Assembly (NCBI GenBank): GCA_964529785.1
Contig: CAZHAQ010000004.1
Coordinates: 1 to 61,662, forward strand
Direction: 5' to 3'
DNA: 61,662 bases
From: an uncultured Candidatus Saccharibacteria bacterium
Lineage (GTDB): Bacteria > Patescibacteriota > Saccharimonadia > Saccharimonadales > JACDBH01
Part shown: positions 51,063-60,241 of the stretch, piece by piece
How positions within the stretch are numbered: position 1 is the first letter of the stretch
Layout of the letters: each line of letters begins with the position of its first letter
Notes under the pieces: model-generated
What the model was told of the DNA's origin: nothing
The model's database searches: none
Seen by the model: the letters and a program-made list of their open reading frames with translations, nothing else
Made by a program: the position numbers and the translations under genes

Positions 51063-52835
51063 TTAGTTGGCTATTTCGAATTCTTTTAACTGTTTTTTTA
51101 TTTTTTCAGTTGGAGTTTTATTCTGCAGAGATAAAAGCTTGGCATATATTCCACCGGTCTTAGAAAGCTCCCCAGGGGTGCCAATTTCGTCTACTTGACC
51201 GGATTTAATAGTAATTATTTGATCTACCTGCTGGATAGTGCTTAGTCTATGAGCAATAATAATTGTTGTCCTGCCTTTCATAAGTCTTTCCAATGCTTCT
51301 TGTACCATCATCTCTGATTTACTGTCTAGTGAGCTGGTGGCCTCATCCAGTATAAGAATCGGCGCGTCTTTCAGGATTGCTCTGGCAATGGCAATACGCT
51401 GCTTTTGACCACCAGACAATTTAAGGCCGCGTTCGCCAATTTCGGTATCATATCCCTTTTCCAGCTGGCTGATAAATTCGTGGGCATTAGCGGCTTTTGC
51501 AGCTTTTTCTATCTGGCTCATATCTGCGCTTTGCATAGAATAGGCGATGTTCTCTTTGATTGTTCCGCTGAATAAAGCCGGGTCTTGAAAAACTACAGCT
51601 ATATTTTCCCTTAGCGACGACTGAGTAACTTTAGAGATGTCCTGATCGTCTATAGCAATTACTCCGTCTAGCGGTTTATAAAGCCTCATTAATAGGTTTG
51701 TGATTGTTGTTTTACCTTCGCCACTCTCTCCGACTAGCGCAACTTTGGTATCGGGCTCAACTGTAAAACTTAAACCGCTTAATACTTTCTTTTTGTCATA
51801 TGCAAAAGTTACGTCTTTAAAGTCTATCTTTCCAGAATTGACTATAAGCGACGCCGCATTTTTGTCGTCCTCAATATCAGGAGTTAAACTCATAATCTCA
51901 AAATAATCCTTGCTATCTGCAACGGCTCTTTGGGTATTTTCAACAAGAAAGCTGATAGTAAAAATCGGTATCCTTATCTGCATGGCATACAGAATTAAGG
52001 CCACTGCCTGCCCCGGGCTATAGCTACCATTTGCGCCGCCTACAAAAATCAGCAGGTAGACGCCAAAGAATATCAGGTTTAACACTATACGGCGCTGAAC
52101 GTCGCGCTTATGCCACAATTTGGACTGGGGTTTATTAGTATCAATTACGCCCTGCAACTGTTTATCAAAGAATTTAAGTTCTCTTTTTTCCTGAATAAAG
52201 CTTTTAACTACCTTTATCTGGCCAATGCTTTCCGCAAAACGCCCAGTGGCCATGTCGCGATAGTTATTCTTCTTGTGCTGGTACTGCATCCATCTATTAC
52301 TTGTCTTAACGGTCATAAAAATATAAATCGGATAGAGTGCAAATAGCAGCGCAGCGATCGGCCAGCTATAAAAAGCAATGATAGCAAGAGCAAAAATAGT
52401 GCTAAAAATAAACTGCAGGAAGTTATTGCTGAACATATGCATAAAGCTAGCAATCTGCTCAATTGACCTGTTTAAACGGTTTATAATTTTACCGGTTAAT
52501 TCTTTATCAAAGTACTTTTGTTGCAGGGATAGGATATGCTCATAGTAGCGATAACTAAGCAGGCGCTGCAGTTTTTCGGCCATCTGATCTCCATAATACC
52601 CGCCGACATTGGAAATAATCGTTGTACCAAAATCCATGGCAAATATACCAATAGCCAGAAAGATCATTACTCCCATATTAGCTTCAGTGCCCCGGCTAAT
52701 TTCATCTATTGCCCGCCCGCTTAAATAAGGCAGCAGCATGTTAAGAAGGCTAAGCATTACGCTTAAAATGCTTACCGTTAAATAGTAAGGCCAAAGGCTA
52801 GAAGTATGCCGGAGTATTCGCCATATATATTTCAT
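51063..52835 (-). CDS. ABC exporter, fused permease and ATPase
   Basis: TM domain; GESGEGKT, LSGGQKQR, LDEATS, AHRL. Confidence 0.95.
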   Translation of the reverse strand: MKYIWRILRHTSSLWPYYLTVSILSVMLSLLNMLLPYLSGRAIDEISRGTEANMGVMIFLAIGIFAMDFGTTIISNVGGYYGDQMAEKLQRLLSYRYYEHILSLQQKYFDKELTGKIINRLNRSIEQIASFMHMFSNNFLQFIFSTIFALAIIAFYSWPIAALLFALYPIYIFMTVKTSNRWMQYQHKKNNYRDMATGRFAESIGQIKVVKSFIQEKRELKFFDKQLQGVIDTNKPQSKLWHKRDVQRRIVLNLIFFGVYLLIFVGGANGSYSPGQAVALILYAMQIRIPIFTISFLVENTQRAVADSKDYFEIMSLTPDIEDDKNAASLIVNSGKIDFKDVTFAYDKKKVLSGLSFTVEPDTKVALVGESGEGKTTITNLLMRLYKPLDGVIAIDDQDISKVTQSSLRENIAVVFQDPALFSGTIKENIAYSMQSADMSQIEKAAKAANAHEFISQLEKGYDTEIGERGLKLSGGQKQRIAIARAILKDAPILILDEATSSLDSKSEMMVQEALERLMKGRTTIIIAHRLSTIQQVDQIITIKSGQVDEIGTPGELSKTGGIYAKLLSLQNKTPTEKIKKQLKEFEIAN

Positions 52836-52877
52836 TACTTTGCCAGTATAAAGTGTTTACTATTTATTTTAAATAAT

Positions 52878-53603
52878 CTTCTTTCGCAGTACATAACCGA
52901 CTTATGTGCTATGAGAGAAGGACAGATGTATATAAGAAAAAGAAAATTAATAAAGGAGGAGCTAAAAAGGCTCAAAACTCAAAACTTTATTAATTATGAT
53001 CATGGAAACTGGGGCCCATCGCCTTTGCCTCAACGCAAACACGGGAGAGAAGGGTTATGTTGTGTTCGCGGATTCATCAGCGACAGGCCCCAGACAGTGG
53101 TAAGAGAGTAAGCACCTAAGGCGCTTGCTTAAGTCTCTTACAGCGAAACGAGGAGGACGGAACTTCTTCCATATCTGCAGGGTTCCCAAGCCCACAGACA
53201 GTTTGGAAGGCTCATTGCACTCAGGCAACCGTTTGCAGTCGTTTCAAGCTGCAACCGACATCCTCCTCGAAAATTGCAGAAGCGATTACCTAGCAAGGAA
53301 GTCAGCGGCAAAAGAATGCCCCAGCTCACCCCGAACTATAAAGTTCACGCTTCCACAAGAAAGCCACGAACGGACGAGTTCTATGTCAAGGGTTTTAAAC
53401 CTTAATTTTGAAAACGCCCGTCCGTGATCCGACGACTGACCCTTCCCACGAGGATCGTTGCCGTCAGAGCTTGATCATTTTGTCTGTAGTAAGACAATGT
53501 TACCAACTTGCCGGCAGCAAACTAGTAACATTGTCTTACTTTTATATATACATCTGTCAAAGTGCACTTGGGAATTTTAAGACATGCAAAAACTCAACCA
53601 AGT
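52878..53603. ncRNA. Structured non-coding element A (unknown family)
   Basis: 14-bp terminal inverted repeat GACAGATGTATATA (52921-34 / 53545-58); many internal stems including a perfect 16-bp stem (53488-503 / 53525-540); flanking hairpins; no credible ORF; functional strand ambiguous. Confidence 0.65.
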
Positions 53604-53611
53604 CGTAATAC

Positions 53612-53640
53612 ATATTAAACTTTTTTTATATTTTTGTCAA
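53612..53640 (-). promoter_or_regulatory. Sigma70 promoter pointing into element A
   Basis: TTGACA-17 nt-TAATAT on the minus strand. Confidence 0.75.
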
Positions 53641-53657
53641 TAACTACTTGTAATTTT

Positions 53658-54298
53658 CTTCGCCTGATGCCACTACCGAGTAATGAAATCGGGTGAAGGG
53701 TGTAAGTTTAATTATAGATATGTGAGGGAGTGTCAGGAGCAGATGGCTCAACTTATGTCTCTACCTCTATATAGGCAAAACCAATTACTTAGACTAAGCA
53801 ATCAGCAGTTGTTGGTGCAGCTCCCGGTTTGACCCGTATGGGATGAGGAAAGGCTGGTGCCTTGGTGGTCAGGGACCGGGAGCTGCACGCTCTTTTTGCT
53901 TTATAAGCGACTCAAACGGACTGTCCGGAGTACAAGCTTTTATAAAGCACGAAACGAGCTGGAGAGGAGTACTGCCCATGAGGACTACGCGTTTGAAGGA
54001 CTAGCCTTCAGCGACGTTATCCTTGGAAGCTGCTCAAACCCTCCAGCTCTATCCCACAGGACATCGAACCTCTAGATTCCCGCCGACAAAGGCTAGATGC
54101 ACTACCGTGGAAGTTGGTCGGGGTGGAACTCCAAAATACCCGGCTGGGAGCGGATACTTTGGCACCCCGTTGATCTAATAATTAGCATTAACAGACAATA
54201 GTCGCTGCAGACCAGTTCAATAATCTGCACTGACTAATGCCTGTTAACTCTTACACCTTAAGTTACGTCCCTGGGGAGCAATCACTCAACCTCGGAAC
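53658..54298. ncRNA. Structured non-coding element B, same plan as A
   Basis: Closing stem GGTGTAAG / CTTACACC (53699-706 / 54250-257); perfect 14-bp stem GTGCAGCTCCCGGT (53815-28 / 53875-88); further long hairpins; flanking hairpins share motifs with A. Confidence 0.65.
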
Positions 54299-54304
54299 CA
54301 GCTT

Positions 54305-54333
54305 ATTATAGCTACTAGTTCATACTTTTTCAA
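54305..54333 (-). promoter_or_regulatory. Sigma70 promoter pointing into element B
   Basis: TTGAAA-17 nt-TATAAT on the minus strand. Confidence 0.75.
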
Positions 54334-54353
54334 GAGGTGATTTACTAAAAAGT

Positions 54354-56153
54354 CTACCAGCCGCCACCACCACCGCCGCCTCCTCCGCCGCCAGCGAAAC
54401 CACCGCTAAATCCTGAGCCGCTGGAGCTTTGGGGTGCAGAAAAGGATGAAGCTATACTGCCATTAACAGCCCCGCTTAACGAACTGGCAAGATATATAGC
54501 ACTAAAAGAATCAAGATTGCTGCCTTGGTACCAGCTAGGCTCCTGCGTGTAAATACTGCTAAACTCTTCTGCCCACTCTTTTTCTACATTAAAAACAACA
54601 GCATATGGTAGAAGCTTCTCAAAAAAGTCTACTGTTTTTTCTGGTTCTGTTGCATTATCCGCATACTTGGCTCCGGGACTTTGCATCATCTTAATACGGT
54701 CGGCTTCTGCTGTTTGAAGATACATTTTTAGACCCAAGGAATACTCCTTAGCAGCCACTCCTTTTTCAGTTCTAGCAGGCATTGCAGCTATGCATATGAC
54801 GGTAATTACTGCTGCAACTGCTCCTCCAATAACTATTAACGAGTCTGCTCTTATGATACCGGCTGAAATGACAACCCCTGCCATTGCCAGCAGAAACCAA
54901 AGTTTAAATCTAGATTTTAAAGGATGGGATATTAAATAATTATTTTCTTTTAATTTTTTATCTAAATTAGTCTTAAAATCGTGGGCGGGCTCGCTTAATT
55001 TACCCCTTAAATCATTAAGTTTAATAATTTTGCCAATATTTTTATCATTACCGAACAGCCCGTTTAATATTATTTTCTCAAACTCTTCCAGTTGAGACTG
55101 GTCGTCATTTGTTAGCTCTAAGGAGTATTCTAGCTGGTCTTTTAATATCAGTCGGTCTTTCTTGGATTCAATAATCTTTATATAGCCCCTAACTGCCAGG
55201 TCAATAATTGTTGCAGTTATATCTTTCTTATCGGCTTTAAAGTCGGCAATATAGCCCACTTCAGCTGGCTTTAAATTATCTGGTGGCCCGTACTGTGGAA
55301 TTATTGTTGATTTGCCAGCTGGGTCGCGGCCGTTTTTATACCAGTAGTATATTGCCCAGCCGCCAATTAAGAATGGAGCGACAATTAACACTGCCAGCCC
55401 CGGCATTAAGTCTTTAATTTTTTCTGCTATTGTAGGCGCTTGAAAGTAATTTTTAGCAAATCCAGCGACAATAGTTAAAGTTTGACCAGCTTCTAGATCA
55501 TAGGCATTTGCGCGGATTATACTACCATCATTTTCTACCGTGCACTTGCTGTCCGTCTGCCCAAAGCTTCCTGTAAAACAAACTTCGTCATTGTTGACAG
55601 ACAAGCCATCTGGCAAATGTATTCTGGCGTTAACATGAGCAAACCGCTGGCCCCATTCTGTTCCATTTATATCCCAATAAAGTTCATCATGACTATCATG
55701 AAATGTTATTACATTCCTAATTGAGTATTCTATCTGATAGTGTTGAAGCCCGGTAACCGTCCGATTTGGATCGCCGATTTTTAGCACTAGGTTGCTATTC
55801 TCTGAGCTAGTAGTAAACTGCGTAGGTGCGCCTGTTGATGAATCTACTTTAATTATTTTAGGCTTTAGGGCCTGACTATTATACTTCTTGGGAATCGCTC
55901 TTAAAATGCCGTGATTATTGCCGTTAAAGGTAAGGTAAATATCTTCTTTGACAGTCATCTCACCTTGTTTATCGGTGTTATTTAGAAAATAATCGGCTGA
56001 AAATTCGTTAATCAGAAAATCATTAACATCTGCACTAGCCCTGCTAGGATTAAAAGCGGATGCTGTAACTAAGACAGCAGCAAGAAAGAAAAGAAGTTTC
56101 GCCCACCCGAAACTCTTTCTAGTCATTAAAATTAATTGATTTAACGGCCTCAT
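54354..56153 (-). CDS. DUF2207 family membrane protein
   Basis: ELYWDING, ATIIDLAVRGYI, EKLLPYAVVF, Gly-rich C-terminus ending GGGGW; true start may be ATG 56126. Confidence 0.92.
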   Translation of the reverse strand: MRPLNQLILMTRKSFGWAKLLFFLAAVLVTASAFNPSRASADVNDFLINEFSADYFLNNTDKQGEMTVKEDIYLTFNGNNHGILRAIPKKYNSQALKPKIIKVDSSTGAPTQFTTSSENSNLVLKIGDPNRTVTGLQHYQIEYSIRNVITFHDSHDELYWDINGTEWGQRFAHVNARIHLPDGLSVNNDEVCFTGSFGQTDSKCTVENDGSIIRANAYDLEAGQTLTIVAGFAKNYFQAPTIAEKIKDLMPGLAVLIVAPFLIGGWAIYYWYKNGRDPAGKSTIIPQYGPPDNLKPAEVGYIADFKADKKDITATIIDLAVRGYIKIIESKKDRLILKDQLEYSLELTNDDQSQLEEFEKIILNGLFGNDKNIGKIIKLNDLRGKLSEPAHDFKTNLDKKLKENNYLISHPLKSRFKLWFLLAMAGVVISAGIIRADSLIVIGGAVAAVITVICIAAMPARTEKGVAAKEYSLGLKMYLQTAEADRIKMMQSPGAKYADNATEPEKTVDFFEKLLPYAVVFNVEKEWAEEFSSIYTQEPSWYQGSNLDSFSAIYLASSLSGAVNGSIASSFSAPQSSSGSGFSGGFAGGGGGGGGGGGW

Positions 56154-58626
56154 CTAGCAGCCCCTTAGCTTCTTCCGTAGTCATAGTCTTGCTGGGATGA
56201 CTGAAATTAATTCTAAATGTAAATCTTCGATTATCGGTATGAGTGTCTTTAAATACGCTGATCGGCTCAACAGATGTCTTGTAGCCCTTAGCTTGTACAT
56301 CTTTAAGGCCTGCAGTTAATTTTGCTTTGACGCTCTCCCATGTGATATCGCCGCTAACTTCATGGGTATAGTCCTGCGAAGTGCCAGGCAAAGGAGGTAA
56401 TGGCTGATATTTTCTAGCGGTTTTATATTTATGAAGCACCTCTACATCCACCTCAAATCCTGCTGAAAATTCTGGCAGTTTCAGTGATTTTCTAACACTG
56501 GGCTTAAATTCACCTATAACTCCAAGAACTTGATCCTCAATTACTACAGTTGCACTTCGGCCTGGCTCAAACGGAGAGGTCAATGGATCGTCCGAGTCTT
56601 CAAGCGGTAAAAGAGAAATATTACTAGCAATCGATTTTAAATATTTCAAAGCTAGATAGTAGGCGGCACCATGCTGTTTAGACTTTGCGGTTTTATTATC
56701 GGCCGCAATTACCAGCCCAAGACGATGCAGCTGCATTGGCAGTTCGCCGCTGTCTGATTTTAAATGAGATTTTCCAATTTCAAATAAAGCAAACTGGTTA
56801 TCTAAAGAGCCGGCTTGAGCCTTAATATTGGCATGCACTTTAGATAGCAGGCTCGGTATTAAACTTGGCCGATAGTACTGCAGCTCAGGGCTAATAGCAT
56901 TGCGGATATGGTAACTCCACCTGTCTGCATCAATACCAGTCTTTCTAAGCAGTTCGCCATGAACAAAACTGTATGTCAGGACTTCATTTGCACCTCGTTC
57001 TTTTAGGTGTTCTCTTAGCTGCATTTTAAAATCCTGTAGCTGATTTTTAGCTGCCGGCTTAGCGCTTCTAATTGGTAGGCTGACAGGTATTTTATTATAG
57101 CCATAAAGTCGGCCTACTTCTTCTACTATATCTTCTGGAATATTAATATCCATTCTCCAGAAAGGAGCATGTATTTTTAATTTCCCGTCTACTTCCTCTA
57201 CCTTAAACTCTACTTTTTCTAGAATACTCTTTAGGTCTTCATTACTAAAACTGGTACCTAGACGCTGATTAACAAATTCAGCCGCTACATTTACATAGCC
57301 ACTCTTCCATCCGTCATGATTTATATCTACTTTATCTGGATCTGTCATATCGTACACAGGGCTGGCTTGAATTGCGCCCGTTAGTTCTGACATCATCTTC
57401 ATGGCGTAAGCTAACACCCGATCAGTCTGAAGCGGACTCTGGCCTTTATTGAATCTGGTAACCGCATCAGTAAACAGGCCATGACGCATGCTGGTTCGGC
57501 GAATACTGTACATATCAAATGTGGCGCATTCAATAATAATATTTTTTGTATGTTCATCAACTTCCGTATCAGCCCCGCCCATCACGCCGGCAAGCGCCAC
57601 TGCCTGCTTATCGGTACTAATTACTATCTCTTCGCCGGTTAATACAATTCCCTTCTGGCCAAGTAGATTTATTGTTTCACCAGCTTGGCTTAGCCTTGGA
57701 TGCAGCCCGGCAGTAGTGGAAAGTTCTTTTACTTTGTCATAATCAAATGCGTGTAAAGGCTGGCCTGTCAGATGCATTACATAGTTTGTAACATCAACAA
57801 TATTATTAACTGGTTTAATTCCAACTCTAACCAACGCTGTTTCAAGCCAGAATGGGCTTTTACTAACGGTCGTATTGCTCAAAGCCACAGTCATAAACCT
57901 TGGTACCAGGTGCTGAATATCGTTTCCGACTGCAAGCTGAATATCATTCTTTTCTTCAAATATGGGTTTATTTATATACCAGTCAGGACTTTTGAAATCT
58001 AAACCGTTAATACCTGCTAGCTCGCGAGCTACCCCTAAATTCCCAAAACAGTCCGGACGATGAGTAAACATCTTATTTTCGCAATCTATAACAAAGTCGT
58101 CTAGGCCAAAATGATCTGCCAGCGGGCTACCTTCCACCGGCATTGCTTCAAAATCTGCTTCAGTAAGCTCAACAATACCAGTATGATCATCAGATATCCC
58201 TAGCTCTTGAGCACTAGCTAGCATGCCGTTGGATACTACCCCCCTGATATCACGAGACTCTAGTATAAATGGATCGGTATTTAGGGTACTTGGTACAACC
58301 ACTCCAGGTGCCAGCCAAATAGCGTATATGCCAGCTCTCACATTTGGTGCGCCACACACAACCTGTACAAGTCCGTCTTCATCGCGTTCTACGCTGTTAT
58401 TTCTCCCACCGTCATCTATTCTACAAACACTTAGTTTATCGGCGTTGGAATGCTTTTCACAGCTAACCACCTTAACAATGACGGCACCTTTAAATTTAGA
58501 TTTCCAATCTTTAGTGTCCTCAACTGCTCCCAGTTGAGCCCCTACGCTCTTAAGTAGTTCATCGTGGGATATAGATTTTAAATCTACGTTGGAATAATCC
58601 TGAGCTAAATTTAAGCTTACCTTCAT
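56119..58626 (-). CDS. pheT: Phenylalanine--tRNA ligase beta subunit
   Basis: HSNADKL, VVCGAPN, HRPDC, GQPLHAFD, B5 domain DIVEEVGRLYGY, FDX-ACB C-terminus. Confidence 0.96.
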   Translation of the reverse strand: MKVSLNLAQDYSNVDLKSISHDELLKSVGAQLGAVEDTKDWKSKFKGAVIVKVVSCEKHSNADKLSVCRIDDGGRNNSVERDEDGLVQVVCGAPNVRAGIYAIWLAPGVVVPSTLNTDPFILESRDIRGVVSNGMLASAQELGISDDHTGIVELTEADFEAMPVEGSPLADHFGLDDFVIDCENKMFTHRPDCFGNLGVARELAGINGLDFKSPDWYINKPIFEEKNDIQLAVGNDIQHLVPRFMTVALSNTTVSKSPFWLETALVRVGIKPVNNIVDVTNYVMHLTGQPLHAFDYDKVKELSTTAGLHPRLSQAGETINLLGQKGIVLTGEEIVISTDKQAVALAGVMGGADTEVDEHTKNIIIECATFDMYSIRRTSMRHGLFTDAVTRFNKGQSPLQTDRVLAYAMKMMSELTGAIQASPVYDMTDPDKVDINHDGWKSGYVNVAAEFVNQRLGTSFSNEDLKSILEKVEFKVEEVDGKLKIHAPFWRMDINIPEDIVEEVGRLYGYNKIPVSLPIRSAKPAAKNQLQDFKMQLREHLKERGANEVLTYSFVHGELLRKTGIDADRWSYHIRNAISPELQYYRPSLIPSLLSKVHANIKAQAGSLDNQFALFEIGKSHLKSDSGELPMQLHRLGLVIAADNKTAKSKQHGAAYYLALKYLKSIASNISLLPLEDSDDPLTSPFEPGRSATVVIEDQVLGVIGEFKPSVRKSLKLPEFSAGFEVDVEVLHKYKTARKYQPLPPLPGTSQDYTHEVSGDITWESVKAKLTAGLKDVQAKGYKTSVEPISVFKDTHTDNRRFTFRINFSHPSKTMTTEEAKGLLDEAVKSINFND

Positions 58627-58705
58627 ATATTATAATTTTCTCTTATCTATCAGTTGCATTTAAGTTATATTCTACGTTTCTTTTTAAGTAGTTTCTAGTA
58701 AAACA

Positions 58706-59122
58706 TTAATTATTAAAATCTCTTGTTTCATAAATTGGATCAGCGAGAGAATAATCTGTAAGTCTCAGCCATGTGGGTTTTATTAAAAAGTATCGCTGGC
58801 CTTCCTGCTTTTCAAACCGACGTGCTTGCGGAACTTTTTCATAATGTTCGTCCAGCTGCTGATCAGTTGGAATAATTTCACTGGCTGTTCCTTCTAGCTG
58901 GACTGTTGATTTGCCAGTAACCCCTATAACTAATGCCACGTTTGGATTACTGGTAATGTTTTTATATTTTCTAGTACTTAGGTTGGTGCCGATTAAGATT
59001 TCAAATTTACCGTTATGGGAAAACCCTACAGTCGCAGCTTCGGGTTTTCCCTCCGTATCTACACTGGCTATGACACATGTCTGATGATCATCTAGTAGTC
59101 TGCTCGCTAAATTTAAACTCAT
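58706..59122 (-). CDS. Pyridoxamine 5'-phosphate oxidase-like FMN-binding protein
   Basis: GKPEAATV, TRKYKNITSNPNVAL, VQLEGTA. Confidence 0.85.
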   Translation of the reverse strand: MSLNLASRLLDDHQTCVIASVDTEGKPEAATVGFSHNGKFEILIGTNLSTRKYKNITSNPNVALVIGVTGKSTVQLEGTASEIIPTDQQLDEHYEKVPQARRFEKQEGQRYFLIKPTWLRLTDYSLADPIYETRDFNN

Positions 59123-59138
59123 AATTTATCCTAAAATA

Positions 59139-60167
59139 TTAAAATTGCCTTAAAAATTTTAGATTAGCTGATTCAAAATGGCGTATATCCTCAATACCAT
59201 GCTTCATCATGACAAGCCGCTCTATCCCGCCTCCCCAAGCAAATCCGGTATAAACCTCGGGGTCAATATCGGCCATTTTAAGTACGTTAGGGTGTATCAT
59301 GCCGCAACCAAGCAGCTCAAGCCATTTCTGTTCTTCACTATCATCTTTTCTTAAAACTTCTGGTCGTTCTACTGCAAATTCAAAACTAGGTTCAGTGAAA
59401 GGAAAATAAAATGGCTGCAGCTTAGTTTTTAGCTCTTCGCCAAAATACTCGTTCATAAACGCACTTAAAGTAGCAATTAAGTTTCCAACTACGACGCCCT
59501 TGCCAACATATACTCCTTCCAGTTGATAAAAAGTATGCTCATGGGTTGCGTCAAGGTCTTCATTACGGAAAACACGACCCGGTATTACAGCTGCAATCGT
59601 TTCGCCTTTTTCAAGATTTACTTTATATTTTTTAAGTATACGGTTCTGCATAGTGCTGGTATGAGCAGGTGCTATCAGACCCTCGTCTGTCATGAAGGTG
59701 TCATAATCGTCTCTCGCTGGATGTCCTTCGGGAAAGTTCAGACTGCCAAACATATTAAAATCATTATCTATCTCCCTAGAATCCTCGACTACAAACCCCA
59801 TTCGCTGGTAAATCTCACAAATGCTGTCAATTTCCTGCATCAGAGGATGAATGCTGCCCTGTTCAACAGAAAAGAACTTAGGCTGGTTCTCAATATTAGT
59901 ACCTTCATCCCAAGGTGAAGTAATGTCTAAAGGTGGCAGTATTTCTTCGGCTATTAAAGAATCGGCAACCATGCCCTCTAACTCTTTTCGCAATAGATTG
60001 ACTTCTTTACCAAAGTCGCCTCTTTCCTCTGGTGGAAGTAATTTTATCTGATCAAATAGGCTTTTAAGAGCCGGGTCTCGCAAAATAGACTTCTTATCTT
60101 CAAGTTGGCTCAAGGAGTTTTTAAGCCGTTCAGCGACTTGAGCAATATCTTCATTATTGTAGTTCAT
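59139..60167 (-). CDS. pheS: Phenylalanine--tRNA ligase alpha subunit
   Basis: GSIHP, HPARDDYDTF, FPFTEPS, GCGMIHP, GFAWGGGIERL. Confidence 0.97.
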   Translation of the reverse strand: MNYNNEDIAQVAERLKNSLSQLEDKKSILRDPALKSLFDQIKLLPPEERGDFGKEVNLLRKELEGMVADSLIAEEILPPLDITSPWDEGTNIENQPKFFSVEQGSIHPLMQEIDSICEIYQRMGFVVEDSREIDNDFNMFGSLNFPEGHPARDDYDTFMTDEGLIAPAHTSTMQNRILKKYKVNLEKGETIAAVIPGRVFRNEDLDATHEHTFYQLEGVYVGKGVVVGNLIATLSAFMNEYFGEELKTKLQPFYFPFTEPSFEFAVERPEVLRKDDSEEQKWLELLGCGMIHPNVLKMADIDPEVYTGFAWGGGIERLVMMKHGIEDIRHFESANLKFLRQF

Positions 60168-60206
60168 TATTTTAATTATAACAGGTTAGAATACATAAGC
60201 TTCATA

Positions 60207-60235
60207 TTGACTTTTCATTGCGCTTGTGCTATAAT
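60207..60235 (+). promoter_or_regulatory. Strong sigma70 promoter pointing into element C
   Basis: TTGACT-17 nt-TATAAT with TGn extended -10. Confidence 0.8.
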
Positions 60236-60241
60236 TATTTT

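Noticed and set aside
53144-53958. Hammerhead ribozyme suggested by CGAAAC after a stem in A and B
   Set aside because: No CUGANGA 5' of the preceding stems
52806-54075. Short ORF-track calls in the 52.8-54.3 kb gap (101, 100, 63, 66 and 72 aa)
   Set aside because: No RBS or motifs, atypical composition; the sequence is better explained by base pairing
53798-54206. Group I intron-like words (GCAATCAGCAG, TCAGCGAC, AGACAATAGTC)
   Set aside because: No P element, no consistent P7 pairing and no interrupted host gene
52878-54298. tmRNA, tRNA or CRISPR array
   Set aside because: No tRNA-like acceptor/T-arm ends and no regularly spaced direct repeats
53833-54304. RNase P RNA-like fragments in element B (GAGGAAAGGCTGGT could pair with ACCAGCTT; GGAGCAA)
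   Set aside because: The conserved bulged U of P4 would be G, the segment sits inside a 14-bp hairpin, and P1 and the other conserved regions are not in the right order. A cmscan would settle it.
54354-54425. CCG/CCA trinucleotide-like repeat
   Set aside because: Encodes the normal Gly-rich C-terminus of DUF2207
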